Source: Pseudomonadota bacterium (GTDB taxonomy: Bacteria > Desulfobacterota > Desulfobacteria > Desulfobacterales > JBDRRP01). Taken from it: DNA of 64,000 nt. Location: positions 1 to 64,000 of the forward strand of contig JBDRRP010000107.1 in the NCBI GenBank assembly GCA_043825735.1. The letters run 5' to 3'. The stretch's first letter is position 1. Every line of letters starts with the position of its first letter. Positions 1-10,330 of this stretch are shown in pieces. The position numbers and the translations under genes were made by a program. The notes beneath the pieces are model-generated. The model worked only from the letters and a program-made list of their open reading frames with translations, searched no databases and was not told where the DNA came from.

Positions 1-140
1 TTGACGACAGAACCCCGGATGAGGTCTACTACGGTCTGCCTCACCCTTACTCTGAGGCGGCCTGATGCCTCTATATTTTATTCTTCTGGCTCTTAGCTTA
101 ACGAACCCATCCGGCTGTCCAAGCTTTGGGGTCCACCCCA
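1..140 (+). mobile_element. Right end of an IS3-family insertion sequence (transposase OrfB C-terminus plus right terminal inverted repeat)
   Basis: Frame 3..65 reads DDRTPDEVYYGLPHPYSEAA*, typical of IS3 OrfB ends. 115-140 CTGTCCAAGCTTTGGGGTCCACCCCA ends in CA and resembles IS3-family IRs. Confidence 0.8.
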
Positions 141-473
141 ATCGTCCGCCATATCCTGAAGATCGACCGCGTCACTTTCGAGCAGGTCTGCGGTACGCTC
201 TGCGTATACATGCTTATCGGCCTGATATGGGCCGAGGCCTACTCGCTGATCGGTATTTTACTTGCCGATCAGTTTTCAGCTAAAGCGTCGGGCCTCGGGG
301 ATTACCTCTATTTCAGCTTCGTGACACTCACCACCCTTGGCTACGGTGACATCATTCCGGTGGGCCCGGTGGCCCGCAGTTTTGCAGTGGTCGAAGCCAT
401 CATCGGTCAGTTTTTTCTCGCCGTGCTGGTGGCCCGGCAGGTGGGACTCTATATTTCTCAAAACACGCACTGA
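141..473 (+). pseudogene. Potassium channel family protein (TM-pore-TM), 5' part removed by the IS
   Basis: YFSFVTLTTLGYGD selectivity filter flanked by two TM helices. The only in-frame start (TTG 126) lies inside the IS inverted repeat. Confidence 0.75.
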
Positions 474-540
474 TGCGCTCTGCGTCCTCTGTGGTGATTT
501 CGCACTATTCTGACAAGTATTATAAACAAAATTTATGCTT

Positions 541-3500
541 TCATTCCTGTGGTTTCGGATCCGGCGCTGACAGGGAGGACAGCCGCAGGTGGTATTTTCT
601 CAGCAGGCGGCTGAAGTGGGTACACAGATTGAGGGCCACCACCGGGTACTCCATGAGAATGCGCTGAAAGACCTCACAGGGGAAAACCATGAGCTGCGCC
701 GCTGTTTCGCAACGGACGGCCATCAGCTGCGCGCCGCCGCTCAAGCACGCCACATCGCCGGCGATACCGCTGTCAGACAAGATTTCGGTCAAAAAACCGG
801 ATCCATTGCCACCGTCGATGGCCAGCGCGCCCTGGCAGATCAGAATCACCCGGTGATCGTTGCTGCCGGCTTTCAGGATCGTATCGCCCGGCCGGCCTTC
901 GAGAATCTCGGCATCGCCCGAAATCAGCGCCAGCCCCTTGAGGGGCACACCGTGGAAGAGGGGATTGGTGCGCAGCAGATAAATGCTCTGGATCAGACAG
1001 GGCGAGGCGGAAGCCACGGATCTAAAAATGTGGTCTGTGGCCACCGCCGCCGATGCGGTCGCCAGGGGCGGGTTTTCGTTGATTACCTGCGGGAGCAGGC
1101 TGATGAGAAAGGGGTCCTGCATCTGCAGAAGCCCCGCCAGTGTTTGAGCCGGCGTGACGGGATGTGATCCCGCTGCATTCAGATATCTCCTGCCTTTGCG
1201 AAGAATGTCGCCAATCGGCGCGGCTACCATGAGCGGTATCAGCGCAGCGCGGATGTGAGGGTGCAGCGCGTTCTCCAACGCTTCGATGGCATTGTCTTTT
1301 TCCCGTTTATCCCCGGACTGCAATGCCTTGAGAACCACCCGGAAACGATCTGCGAATACCATGGTACCGATGACGTGCAGGGCGATATCTGTTTTTTCGG
1401 CCCGCCTTTCATCGAGGTAGTTTACGAGCAGCCCGCTCGCCCGACCGGACAGTGCTTCTTTCAAAGTTTGCACCTGAGTGAGCAATTCGTACGCCTGGCG
1501 CAGTTCATTCATTACAAATTTCGATATCGCCACACCGGGCACGCCCAACTGCCGGATCAGTTCAGCGATCTCGGCCCGCTGGCGGTGGTTGGGCACTGCC
1601 AGCGCTGCCAGCAAGGTTTCAAATTCCCCGGGTCCACGTTCTTTGATGACGGACGACGCCAGCAGGCGGATCTGTCGGTCGGGATCTTTCAGCAGCGGTA
1701 TGAACCGGGAAGAGGGGACCTGCTCTCCCAGGGCCTTGAGCGCTTCCAGTGCTTTCATTCTCACACGGGCGGCGGGGTGCCGGGTCGCCATCACGGTCGA
1801 GGTCAACAGCGTCGGATGGCGCATCCGCGCCAGCCCTTCGAGTGCCCACTCGATCAGTTCGATATCTTCGCTGCCGGAGAGTGTTTCAAGCAGGAGGCGG
1901 GCAAAACGCCTGTCTCCGGATTTGCCGACAAGGATGATGGCTGTTTTTTTCTGCTGGGGATCACCGGCCAGCAGCGCTTGGACCTCGCGTGCGAATGCAG
2001 CCTGGTTGGCCGGGACGTCACTGCGCCCCAGACCAGCCAGGACTTCACGCCTCGCCCGGGGGTCGGGGTGGTCCGGATACTGCTCAAGAAAGGGGGCGCT
2101 GCCGGACGGATCCAGCCGGGTCAGCGCTTCAAGCCAGACCCACAGCGTGTCCGGCGGGGCGCCGGCAGCGATACGGTACAGGGCGGGCAGGTGATCTCGG
2201 GCATCCCGGGCGCTGATCATCGACAGCATGGGCCGTTGGGTGGACGCGCTCTGGGTCAGCACCGCCTGGAAAAAATCATCCTGCCAGCCGAGCGGTTTGG
2301 CCAGTATCATGAACTGGGCACAGGCCGTCGCGGTCTGCGGATCGGGGGACGACAGCCCGCGGCGGAACGTGTTCACCGCCTGCCGGTCGGCGGACAGCAT
2401 CCGCAGATCCACGTCTTCAAGTGATGAGATGTCCTTTTGCTCATCGGCCAGCGACTGGATGAGGATACCGGGGTAGGCCCGTTTGAGGCGCACCGTGGTG
2501 ACCGCCCAGATCGCCGCCAGCGGGACGGCGATAAGCGAGAGCATCCGGGGGTCCACCGAGCCCCGGATGAGTGCCAGAAAGCCGGAACCGGCGAAATCGG
2601 AAAGCCGCACCACGCCGCCCCTGAGCACCACGCGTACCGTTGCCTGCAGGTGCTGCGGGAAAAAATTATACAGCACCGCCCGCGCCGGGTTGTTCAGGGC
2701 GGTCTTGAGCAGTTCCGTCGAAAAGCGGGCGTAGACGCCCACAATCAGGTCAAAGCGAAAGAAAATGGCGATAAAGGCCACGGCGTAGTTGATCGGGTGA
2801 AAGATCAGGCTCATCGGTATGCCCCAGGTGGAAATGAGCCGGCTGGACAGCATCAGGGCGATAAAGATGACCGCGTTTGAGATCCCGCGAAAGAGGCCGA
2901 AAAATTGGAGCATCAGGGCCTCGGACTCGAAATACTGATCCACCAGTACATTGAATTGATAGTCGAGTATCGGCAGCATGATATTGGGGATCGCCAGCAG
3001 CACGATCATGTAGCGAAGCAGTACGGATTTTCGCGCATGGGCCGTAAACGACGTGAGCATTTCAGCATACCGGCCGCCCCGGGGGCCGGGGGAGGCTTTT
3101 TGTTTCTGGGGCTGGATGGGCGCACCGGTCACTTTTTCCGTTAAGCTGTTAAGCAATGCCGCCAGCCCCATACCGGCCGCGAACACCATAAGGAGGTTGT
3201 CGGTACCGAGCCACGAGGCCATGGGGCGCGTTGTCATGGAGCCCACCGATGTGCCCAGCACGCCGCCGGCGATGACCAGTGTGTAGAGCCGCTTGGACTG
3301 CTGGGTGGTGAACAAATCGGCGAGGATGTCCCAAAAGAGGATGGGCAAAAGGCCCACGGCCTGACTTTTGAGAATAAAGAGCAACGGGTAGACCCACTGC
3401 GCGTCTGTTGCCAGCAGCGGCCGGATCGATGCCACGCAGATGCCGTAAAAGAGGAGCAGACCGGTGAATACCCTGAGCGAGCGGTAGCGTTCCATCAGCA

Positions 3501-3795
3501 TGCTGAGGCCGCCGGCAACTACGAAGGTGATCAGTGCCTCGCTCAGAAAAATTACCGGCAGGGCCTCCACGCCGAAACGCTTGAGAAATGCGGTCTGAGC
3601 CATGTTGTTGATCATGATGGTGCTGGCGCTCATGATCATCTGGATGAGGGTGACCCAGGCCAGCAGCCGCCACTCGCCAGGATAGACCCTGAAGGCGCGG
3701 CCCAGGGCGACGAAGGGGACGAGCTGTTGAAAAAGGGAGTGCTGTGTGGGCGCTCTGCCTTTTGGAGTTACTGCGGTGCCGGTGTTGACGGGCAT
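541..3795 (-). CDS. NTT/TLC-like (Npt1/Npt2) MFS transporter fused to HEAT repeats and a C-terminal cyclic-nucleotide-binding domain
   Basis: ~12-TM N-terminus with FLKRFGVEALP and FTTQQSKRLY; central HEAT-like repeats (HPDPRARREVL, DPDRQIRLLA); C-terminal LRTNPLFHGV...GD cNMP-like fold. Confidence 0.75.
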   Translation of the reverse strand: MPVNTGTAVTPKGRAPTQHSLFQQLVPFVALGRAFRVYPGEWRLLAWVTLIQMIMSASTIMINNMAQTAFLKRFGVEALPVIFLSEALITFVVAGGLSMLMERYRSLRVFTGLLLFYGICVASIRPLLATDAQWVYPLLFILKSQAVGLLPILFWDILADLFTTQQSKRLYTLVIAGGVLGTSVGSMTTRPMASWLGTDNLLMVFAAGMGLAALLNSLTEKVTGAPIQPQKQKASPGPRGGRYAEMLTSFTAHARKSVLLRYMIVLLAIPNIMLPILDYQFNVLVDQYFESEALMLQFFGLFRGISNAVIFIALMLSSRLISTWGIPMSLIFHPINYAVAFIAIFFRFDLIVGVYARFSTELLKTALNNPARAVLYNFFPQHLQATVRVVLRGGVVRLSDFAGSGFLALIRGSVDPRMLSLIAVPLAAIWAVTTVRLKRAYPGILIQSLADEQKDISSLEDVDLRMLSADRQAVNTFRRGLSSPDPQTATACAQFMILAKPLGWQDDFFQAVLTQSASTQRPMLSMISARDARDHLPALYRIAAGAPPDTLWVWLEALTRLDPSGSAPFLEQYPDHPDPRARREVLAGLGRSDVPANQAAFAREVQALLAGDPQQKKTAIILVGKSGDRRFARLLLETLSGSEDIELIEWALEGLARMRHPTLLTSTVMATRHPAARVRMKALEALKALGEQVPSSRFIPLLKDPDRQIRLLASSVIKERGPGEFETLLAALAVPNHRQRAEIAELIRQLGVPGVAISKFVMNELRQAYELLTQVQTLKEALSGRASGLLVNYLDERRAEKTDIALHVIGTMVFADRFRVVLKALQSGDKREKDNAIEALENALHPHIRAALIPLMVAAPIGDILRKGRRYLNAAGSHPVTPAQTLAGLLQMQDPFLISLLPQVINENPPLATASAAVATDHIFRSVASASPCLIQSIYLLRTNPLFHGVPLKGLALISGDAEILEGRPGDTILKAGSNDHRVILICQGALAIDGGNGSGFLTEILSDSGIAGDVACLSGGAQLMAVRCETAAQLMVFPCEVFQRILMEYPVVALNLCTHFSRLLRKYHLRLSSLSAPDPKPQE

Positions 3796-3801
3796 TGTCG
3801 C

Positions 3802-3999
3802 CTACTGCTTTTTCCTGCGTCGGAATCCGGCCAGCCATCCGGTGAAAAAGCCGACGGTGAATATCAGCAGCAGGATCGCCGCCCGGGAGCCGGTGATTTC
3901 CCAGAACAGAAACCAGACCGTGACGATTTGGCGGTTCTGGATGGCAAAGACGACAACGATGGCCATCAACAAGCCGATGACAATGAGTTTGGGTTTCAT
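3802..3999 (-). CDS. LapA-like (DUF1049) small membrane protein
   Basis: VVFAIQNRQIVTVWFLFW motif, two TMs, basic C-terminus. Confidence 0.75.
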   Translation of the reverse strand: MKPKLIVIGLLMAIVVVFAIQNRQIVTVWFLFWEITGSRAAILLLIFTVGFFTGWLAGFRRRKKQ

Positions 4000-4014
4000 C
4001 GTTTTTCCGATCAC

Positions 4015-4140
4015 TGGTGAAGGCGTAAAAAGCGATTTTGAACCGCAGAGAGCGCAGAGGAGCGCAGAGAATATTTAAATAATTATTGGTTTGCCTCTGC
4101 GTCCTCTGTGGTGATTTCAGACTTTTTACATGGCCATCAA
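4015..4140. repeat. Palindromic REP/MITE-like repeat, family A
   Basis: GTAAAAAG...(CGCAGAG)x3 - AT-rich spacer - CTCTGCG/CTCTGTG...CTTTTTAC. Confidence 0.85.
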
Positions 4141-4198
4141 ACTTAGTCCGCCGGCAACCCACGCAACACGAAGTGTGGATTGCTCGCATGATGCCGGT

Positions 4199-4750
4199 TC
4201 ACGCCGCCGGCGCTGCCGCCATGGCGGACGCCACCCCTTTGCTGAAATCGGTGGGCACCGTGGTCATCCGTGCGGCCAGCTCCCGGTCCAGCATCATCAG
4301 CCCCTGGGGGTTGTCGCCGATGAGTTTGAGCTGGGCGATGATGTCGTTGTCGTTTTCCTCCTCTTCCACCTGTTCGGTCACGTACCACTGAACGAAAATC
4401 TGCGTGGCGTGATCTTTTTCGCTGATGGCGATATCCATAAGATCGTTGATCGAACGGGTGATGAACTGCTCGTGGGCCAGGGTCTGGGTGAACATGTCCA
4501 TTGGGGAGGCAAACTCCGCCGGCGGGGCGTCCAGGGCGGCCAGTTTGACTTTCCCGCCCTGGCGCTGGACGTATTCGTACATCTTCATGGCGTGGAGCAT
4601 CTCTTCGTGAAACTGAACCATAAACCAGTTCGCGAACCCTTTGAGCCCGATATGGTTGGCATGGTTTGACATGGCCATGTAAAGATAGGCCGAATACATT
4701 TCCCGGTTGATTTGCGCGTTCAGGGCGCTGGTGGTTTTTTCGCTGAGCAT
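4199..4750 (-). CDS. ftnA: Non-heme ferritin
   Basis: LNAQINREMYSAYLY, EEMLHA and EQVEEE ferroxidase motifs; GGAGA RBS. Confidence 0.95.
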   Translation of the reverse strand: MLSEKTTSALNAQINREMYSAYLYMAMSNHANHIGLKGFANWFMVQFHEEMLHAMKMYEYVQRQGGKVKLAALDAPPAEFASPMDMFTQTLAHEQFITRSINDLMDIAISEKDHATQIFVQWYVTEQVEEEENDNDIIAQLKLIGDNPQGLMMLDRELAARMTTVPTDFSKGVASAMAAAPAA

Positions 4751-4930
4751 GGGTTTCTCCTTTTTGGTTTTTCCCGGTTTTTTTAGCTGTTTGGGTTATC
4801 CGATAAAGAGTGACCGGGAACTCAAAATGTCAAGGGGGGCATGTCGTTGTTTTTTATCCATCTCCGCGGTATTTTCTGATGCGGCTGTCATTAAAGCGCA
4901 ATGGGCGCGTTACGTGAACCATTGAATGTG

Positions 4931-5009
4931 AACCACGAAGTTCACGAAGAAAAACATAAAAACCAATTGGGCTATAAAACCTTCGTGTTCTTCGTGGACT
5001 TCGTGGTGA
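4931..5009. repeat. Palindromic repeat, CACGAAG variant
   Basis: CACGAAG x2 ... CTTCGTG x3, same architecture as family A. Confidence 0.75.
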
Positions 5010-5015
5010 CTATAC

Positions 5016-5181
5016 TTGATGGCTATGTAAATAGTCTAAAATCACCACAGAGGACGCAGAGGACGCAGAGGACGCAGAGACCGCAGAGACCGCAGAGATA
5101 AACCAATGATTATTTAACATATTCTCTGCGTGCCTCTGCGCTCTCTGCGGTTTAAAATTACTTTTTACGGTAGAGTCATAA
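5016..5181. repeat. Family A repeat with an expanded 9-bp tandem unit
   Basis: TTGATGGC..GTAAA..ATCACCACA(GAGGACGCA)3(GAGACCGCA)2...CTCTGCG x3...CTTTTTAC. Confidence 0.85.
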
Positions 5182-5214
5182 TTGACCGGTGAAAAAAACG
5201 CCGCCACCATCAGG

Positions 5215-6387
5215 TCACCTGACGATGGACAGTCCGATCCGGAAGGCCTGGTTGCGCTCTTTGTAGTCGAGAAGGTTTTCTGCCAATGCATCAACATATT
5301 GCACTTGAAGGTAGATATCCAGTGCCTGGTAAATGAACCGGTGCAGCGGATAGGTGACATCCAGTTGCACGGAGGCGCCCTTCTGGGCCCACCGGACTGT
5401 CGTGCCGACAACGGTGCGGTCCGCCCTGCCGAATTTCAGCTCCAGCTCGAAATAGCCCCGGTAATCGGCAAGATCCGGGTTGGTGGCATCGTCGTTGTCC
5501 ACGTAGGCCCAGACCTTGGGGGCCACTTGAAGCCCGTATCGGGTGGCGGTGTCGAAAAAGATAAGCACCGGTTGCACATAGAAAAAGTTTGTGCTCCGGG
5601 AATCATCGCCGCTGCGGCCGTTGGACTCGTGCTGGAGGCCGGTCTGGACAAACAGGCCCGCCATGGCGCTGCTGTCGGTTTTTAGGTTGCCGGAGACCCA
5701 GAACATTTCCGGTTTGTAGCTGGTGTCCTTGAAGGGGGCCGAATTGGATTTCAGATCCCAGAAAGAGGTCTGGGTATATCCGAGGTGGATGCCGTCCACC
5801 ACCGAGTAATTCTTTGCGAATGACGATTCCGTGTTGAACAGCCGATATTTAAGGCTGATCTGGAATTTGCTGTCTGCGGGATCGGTGCCCACCAGAAAAT
5901 ACATGGGCTTGTAGGCCGAGATATTCCCGAGATACGGCTGGTAGACGGTGAAAAAGGAATCCAGGGAGGGCGAATCCTCCGGGCTTGCCTGCGTCTTTTC
6001 AGATTTCGTCGAAACGATGAAGACAATCGGGGCCGAAGCGATCTGAGGCGCTCTCATGCGCACCGTTCCGATGAGGTCCGGGGGAAGATCGAATCCGTAG
6101 TCGCGCTGTCGATCTTCCGAGGAGGCCGCTTCGGTGGCGGCATTTGCGCTTTCAATCCTGCGGGCGACGACGGTTTCTTTGGTCTCGCCGCTCTCAAGTT
6201 CGCACGCGACAGTGTCCGGAAATCCATCCCATCCGCCGCGAAGGCCATCGGGGGTGGCGTATGCCGTAAAGAGCACCCGGCTGCCGGCAGGCCAGGTGTC
6301 CTGAGCCATCGACAATACTGCATCGGCGGCGTGGGCCGTGCCGGCGGTAACCAGCATGATGCCAATCATTATCCATGTCAGTCGCAT
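5215..6387 (-). CDS. pldA: Outer-membrane phospholipase A with N-terminal extension
   Basis: Signal peptide MRLTWIMIG...AHA; YKPMYF, KFQISLK, GYTQTSFW, YKPE and catalytic HESNG motifs. Confidence 0.88.
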   Translation of the reverse strand: MRLTWIMIGIMLVTAGTAHAADAVLSMAQDTWPAGSRVLFTAYATPDGLRGGWDGFPDTVACELESGETKETVVARRIESANAATEAASSEDRQRDYGFDLPPDLIGTVRMRAPQIASAPIVFIVSTKSEKTQASPEDSPSLDSFFTVYQPYLGNISAYKPMYFLVGTDPADSKFQISLKYRLFNTESSFAKNYSVVDGIHLGYTQTSFWDLKSNSAPFKDTSYKPEMFWVSGNLKTDSSAMAGLFVQTGLQHESNGRSGDDSRSTNFFYVQPVLIFFDTATRYGLQVAPKVWAYVDNDDATNPDLADYRGYFELELKFGRADRTVVGTTVRWAQKGASVQLDVTYPLHRFIYQALDIYLQVQYVDALAENLLDYKERNQAFRIGLSIVR

Positions 6388-6590
6388 CGATCGGCCTTTG
6401 TTTTCATTTTGTCCAGCGCTATAGGAATGCCCCCGCAGAGGCTGCCCGCAAACGCCGCCAGGATGACCTGCATCATCGCCAGGTATCCCCGGTGCGCGGC
6501 AAAACCGGTGCTGAGCAGAATGGTTTTCCCTTCCAGGAAGGTGCCGATCAGCACCGCCCAGTAGCCATCGGTGTCGATAAGATGTTCCAA
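6378..6590 (-). pseudogene. Truncated DedA-family (YohD-like) gene remnant
   Basis: GYWAVLIGTFLEGKTILLSTGFAAHRGYL...AAFAGSLCG matches the DedA N-terminus, then similarity stops; only 70 aa. Confidence 0.7.
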
Positions 6591-6667
6591 GGTCTACCTC
6601 GAGTTGGCCGGGCTGCATCGGTGAGTGAGGCCGGTGTCAAAATTGACAAACGCTTAAATAATCAATT

Positions 6668-7051
6668 TTCGCGCAGAGGCGCAGAGGCGCAGAGGCGCTG
6701 GGGCGCTGAGAACTGCGAACAAAGACTAAAAACCTGAAAACACTAAACCGCCTGATTCCATATTTCGTCATACCGCGAAATCCGGCGCTGTTCGTCTGGA
6801 ACCCGGAACCCGGTGCGAAGCATCGGGTTTCCAAGACAACCCAGATGGGTTTCGCTGTGATTCACCTGTTCTACGGCCTGCAGTCTGGATCCTGGGCTTC
6901 AGGCTTCGCTCTGTGAGCTACGCCCGACAAGCCGCCGGGATGACTCCCCAATCCGACCTTTTCACAAACCATCTCCCTTGAACTGCTGGACCATTGATCC
7001 GCTTTTAACCCTCAACCCGCTTTTCTCTGCGTCTCAGCGTCCCTGCGCGAG
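6668..7051. repeat. Nested palindromic repeats
   Basis: TCGCGCAGAGGCGCAGAGGCGCAGAG (~6669) is complementary to CTCTGCGTCTCAGCGTCCCTGCGCGA (~7025-7050). A GTCAT...ATGAC-type element (~6767-6944) lies between them. Confidence 0.7.
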
Positions 7052-10000
7052 TCAATCGGTTTTCGCCTTTTCTGCCGTTTCCGACAACGCAGGGTGATGG
7101 TCGGCGCCGCCCGTCACATGGGCGGTCTCCCATCGCTTGTCCAGAAAATACAGGATGGGCACCGTCATCCGGGAAAACAGCAGCGAGGCCACTTCGCCGG
7201 CCATGAGCGATATGGCCAGCCCCTGGAAGATGGGGTCGAAAAGGATCACCGATGCGCCCACCACCACGGCCGCGGCCGTGAGCATCATGGGCCGAAAGCG
7301 CACCGCGCCCGCATCGATGACGGCCTGATCCAGCGGCGCGCCCTCGGCCAGCCGCAGCTCGATGAAGTCCACCAGGATGATGGAGTTTCTGACCACGATG
7401 CCCGCACCGGCAATAAAGCCGATCATGGATGTGGCCGTGAAAAAGGCCCCCATGGCCCAGTGGGCCGGCAGGATCCCGATGAGGGAGAAGGGGATGGCCA
7501 TCATGATCACGATCGGCGTTGAAAAGGACTGGAACCAGCCCACCACCAGTACGAAGATCAGCACGAGCACAATGGCAAAGGCCATCCCCAGGTCGCGGAA
7601 CACTTCGTAGGTGATATGCCACTCGCCGTCCCATTTCATTGAAAAGCGCTGGTCGCTGTCGGGCAGCGCGGCCGTGTGCTGCTCGATGCGGTATCCTTCC
7701 GGCAGCGCGATGGCATCGATTTTCTTTCGCATTTCAAGGATGGCGTAAACCGGGCTTTCCTTGGCGCCGGCCACGTCGCCGACCACGTAGATCACCGGCA
7801 TCAGGTTTTTATGATAAATGCTGCGGTCTGCCAGCGTACGGTCCACGCTCACCAACTCCGAAAGGGATACCATCCGGCCGTCGGCGGCGCTGATACTGAT
7901 GGCCTCGAGCCGATCCAGCCCCGCCCTGAGAGCCAGCGGCGGCTGCAAAACGATGTTCACGTCTTCTCTTTCTATCGACGGGTGGAGCAGCCCGGTCCGG
8001 CTGCCGGAGAGCGCCCCCTGAAGGGTCTGGGTGATTTGGGCAACGCTGATGCCGTTGAGGGCGGCTTTTTCCTGATCGACCGCCACCTGGTAGCGGGTTT
8101 GCTCTTCCTCCATGTACCAGTCCACATCGACCACGCCGTCGGTCTGCTCGAAGACATCCCGGATCTTCAGGGCGATCTCGCGTTGCCGCGCGTAGTCCGG
8201 GCCGTAGATTTCAGCCACCAGTGTGGAGAGCACCGGCGGGCCGGGAGGCACTTCGGCCACCTTGACCCGCGCCCTGTGGCGCTTGGCGATCTGCTCAAGG
8301 GGCGTGCGCACCCGCTTGGCGATGTCATGGCTCTGCTGCCGGCGTCGGCCTTTTCCGGCCAGGTTCACCTGGATATCCGCCATGTTTGCTGCCTGGCGAA
8401 GGTCGTAATGGCGCACCAGCCCATTGAAGTTGAAGGGGCCCGCTGCACCCACGTGTATCTGGTAGTCCACTACTTCGTTGACGGTGGCAAGATACTCCCC
8501 CATTTCGAAGGCGGCGGCGGCCGTGTCTTCCAGCGTGGCGCTCTCGGGCATGTCGAGAATCACCTGAAACTCGCTTTTGTTGTCGAAGGGCAGCATCTTG
8601 ACCTTCACCATGCCCACCGCCACCATGGCGCAGGCTGCGGCCAGCATGACGGCCACGCCCGTCAGAAAAGACCATCGCCACCGGGGTACGTGGAGCAGGT
8701 GGTCCATGACGTTGCGGTAAAGGCGGGTGGCCCAGTCTTCTGATCCATGCGCGCCATGGTCATGTCCGCCGGCCGGCCTCAGGAGCCGATAGGCAGCCCA
8801 GGGGGTGACGATAAAGGCGACGATGAGCGAAAATACCATGGCGGCCGACGCCCCCACGGGAATCGGGCGCATATAGGGACCCATGAGGCCCCCGACAAAG
8901 GCCATGGGCAAAATGGCGGCGATGACGGTGAGGGTGGCTAAAATGGTGGGATTGCCAACCTCGTCGACGGCTTCGATCGCCACCACGGCGCGGGGTCGAT
9001 CCCCGTTACCGGGGAGCTGGTAATGCCTGACGATGTTTTCCACCACCACGATGGCATCGTCCACCAGGATGCCAATGGAGAAGATCAGGGCAAACAGGGT
9101 GATGCGGTTCAGGGTGTAGCCGTAGAGGTAGAAGACCGCCATGGTCAGGGCGAGGGTGACCGGTATGGCGAAGGCCACGACCCCGGACTCGCGGTGTCCC
9201 AGGGTGAACCAGATGAGGATGGTCACCGACACGATGGCGATCAGCATGTGCAGCAGCAGCTCATCGCTTTTTTCCTTTGCGGTCTCCCCGTAGTGCCGGG
9301 TGACCGTCACCTGGATGTCGTCCGGAATGACGACCCCTTTGAGGGACGCCAACCGCTCGAGTACCTTCTCGGCGACACTGATGGCGTTGGTGCCTTTTCG
9401 TTTGGCCAGAGTCAGGGTCACCGCCGGATATGGTGCCTTGGTCGCGGTGGCGGGCGAAATGCCTTTTTCCCCGGAGGCCGGCCCGGTACCGAAGAACACA
9501 TAGCGGCCGGGCAGCGGCGGTCCGTCGGAGATGGTGGCCACGTCTCTCAGCGAAACGGGCCGCCCCCCATGGGCCGCGATCACGACGTTGCCCACGTCTT
9601 CGGGCGTTTTGAGAAAGTCTCCGGTGTGGACGATGATCTGGCCTTCGGCAGAGGGATACGCCCCGGCATCGGAGGCCTGGTTGGCGGCGCTTACGACACG
9701 GGCGACGGCCGACAGGTCAAGGCCGTAGCCGGCCATGCGCACCGGGTCCAGTTGCACCTCAACCCGGCGGCTCTCACCACCAATCAGCGCCGTCAGGGAG
9801 ACATTGGGTTCGCGTTTGACCTGGTCCTCCACTTCTGCGGCCACACGCCGCAGTTGATAGGGGTCCACCGTCTCGCTCCAGAAGGTGAGCGCCAGGATGG
9901 GGACATCGTCGATGTAGCGGGGTTTGATGAGCGGTGGGGATATGCAGCACGGGATCCGGTCCATGTTGGCCATGAGCTTCGATTGAAGCCGGACGATGGC

Positions 10001-10330
10001 CCCTTCCTCGTCCTGCCCAACGAAAAACCGGACCACCACCATGGCCATGCCCGGTGATGACGTTGAATAGATATACTCGACGCCGGGGATTTCCCACAGC
10101 AGTTTTTCCATGGGACGGGTGACGCGCTGCTCCACCTCGGCGGCGTCGGAGCCGGGCATCTGCACGAAGATATCGATCATGGGAACGATGATCTGGGGTT
10201 CTTCTTCCCGGGGAAGGGCCACCACCGCCGCCAAGCCCAGCAGAATCGATGCCCCGATGATCAGCGGTGTCAACTTGCTGTTGATGAAGTATTTGGCGAT
10301 TTTTCCGGCGGGGCCGTAGGATGTTTTCAT
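7052..10330 (-). CDS. RND efflux transporter permease subunit (AcrB/CusA superfamily)
   Basis: 1092 aa; [31 protein letters not shown] and RFRPMMLT motifs. Confidence 0.95.
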   Translation of the reverse strand: MKTSYGPAGKIAKYFINSKLTPLIIGASILLGLAAVVALPREEEPQIIVPMIDIFVQMPGSDAAEVEQRVTRPMEKLLWEIPGVEYIYSTSSPGMAMVVVRFFVGQDEEGAIVRLQSKLMANMDRIPCCISPPLIKPRYIDDVPILALTFWSETVDPYQLRRVAAEVEDQVKREPNVSLTALIGGESRRVEVQLDPVRMAGYGLDLSAVARVVSAANQASDAGAYPSAEGQIIVHTGDFLKTPEDVGNVVIAAHGGRPVSLRDVATISDGPPLPGRYVFFGTGPASGEKGISPATATKAPYPAVTLTLAKRKGTNAISVAEKVLERLASLKGVVIPDDIQVTVTRHYGETAKEKSDELLLHMLIAIVSVTILIWFTLGHRESGVVAFAIPVTLALTMAVFYLYGYTLNRITLFALIFSIGILVDDAIVVVENIVRHYQLPGNGDRPRAVVAIEAVDEVGNPTILATLTVIAAILPMAFVGGLMGPYMRPIPVGASAAMVFSLIVAFIVTPWAAYRLLRPAGGHDHGAHGSEDWATRLYRNVMDHLLHVPRWRWSFLTGVAVMLAAACAMVAVGMVKVKMLPFDNKSEFQVILDMPESATLEDTAAAAFEMGEYLATVNEVVDYQIHVGAAGPFNFNGLVRHYDLRQAANMADIQVNLAGKGRRRQQSHDIAKRVRTPLEQIAKRHRARVKVAEVPPGPPVLSTLVAEIYGPDYARQREIALKIRDVFEQTDGVVDVDWYMEEEQTRYQVAVDQEKAALNGISVAQITQTLQGALSGSRTGLLHPSIEREDVNIVLQPPLALRAGLDRLEAISISAADGRMVSLSELVSVDRTLADRSIYHKNLMPVIYVVGDVAGAKESPVYAILEMRKKIDAIALPEGYRIEQHTAALPDSDQRFSMKWDGEWHITYEVFRDLGMAFAIVLVLIFVLVVGWFQSFSTPIVIMMAIPFSLIGILPAHWAMGAFFTATSMIGFIAGAGIVVRNSIILVDFIELRLAEGAPLDQAVIDAGAVRFRPMMLTAAAVVVGASVILFDPIFQGLAISLMAGEVASLLFSRMTVPILYFLDKRWETAHVTGGADHHPALSETAEKAKTD

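Noticed and set aside
5040..5150. Short tandem CGCAGAG units as a CRISPR array
   Set aside because: 9-bp period, no unique spacers, palindromic element, no cas genes.
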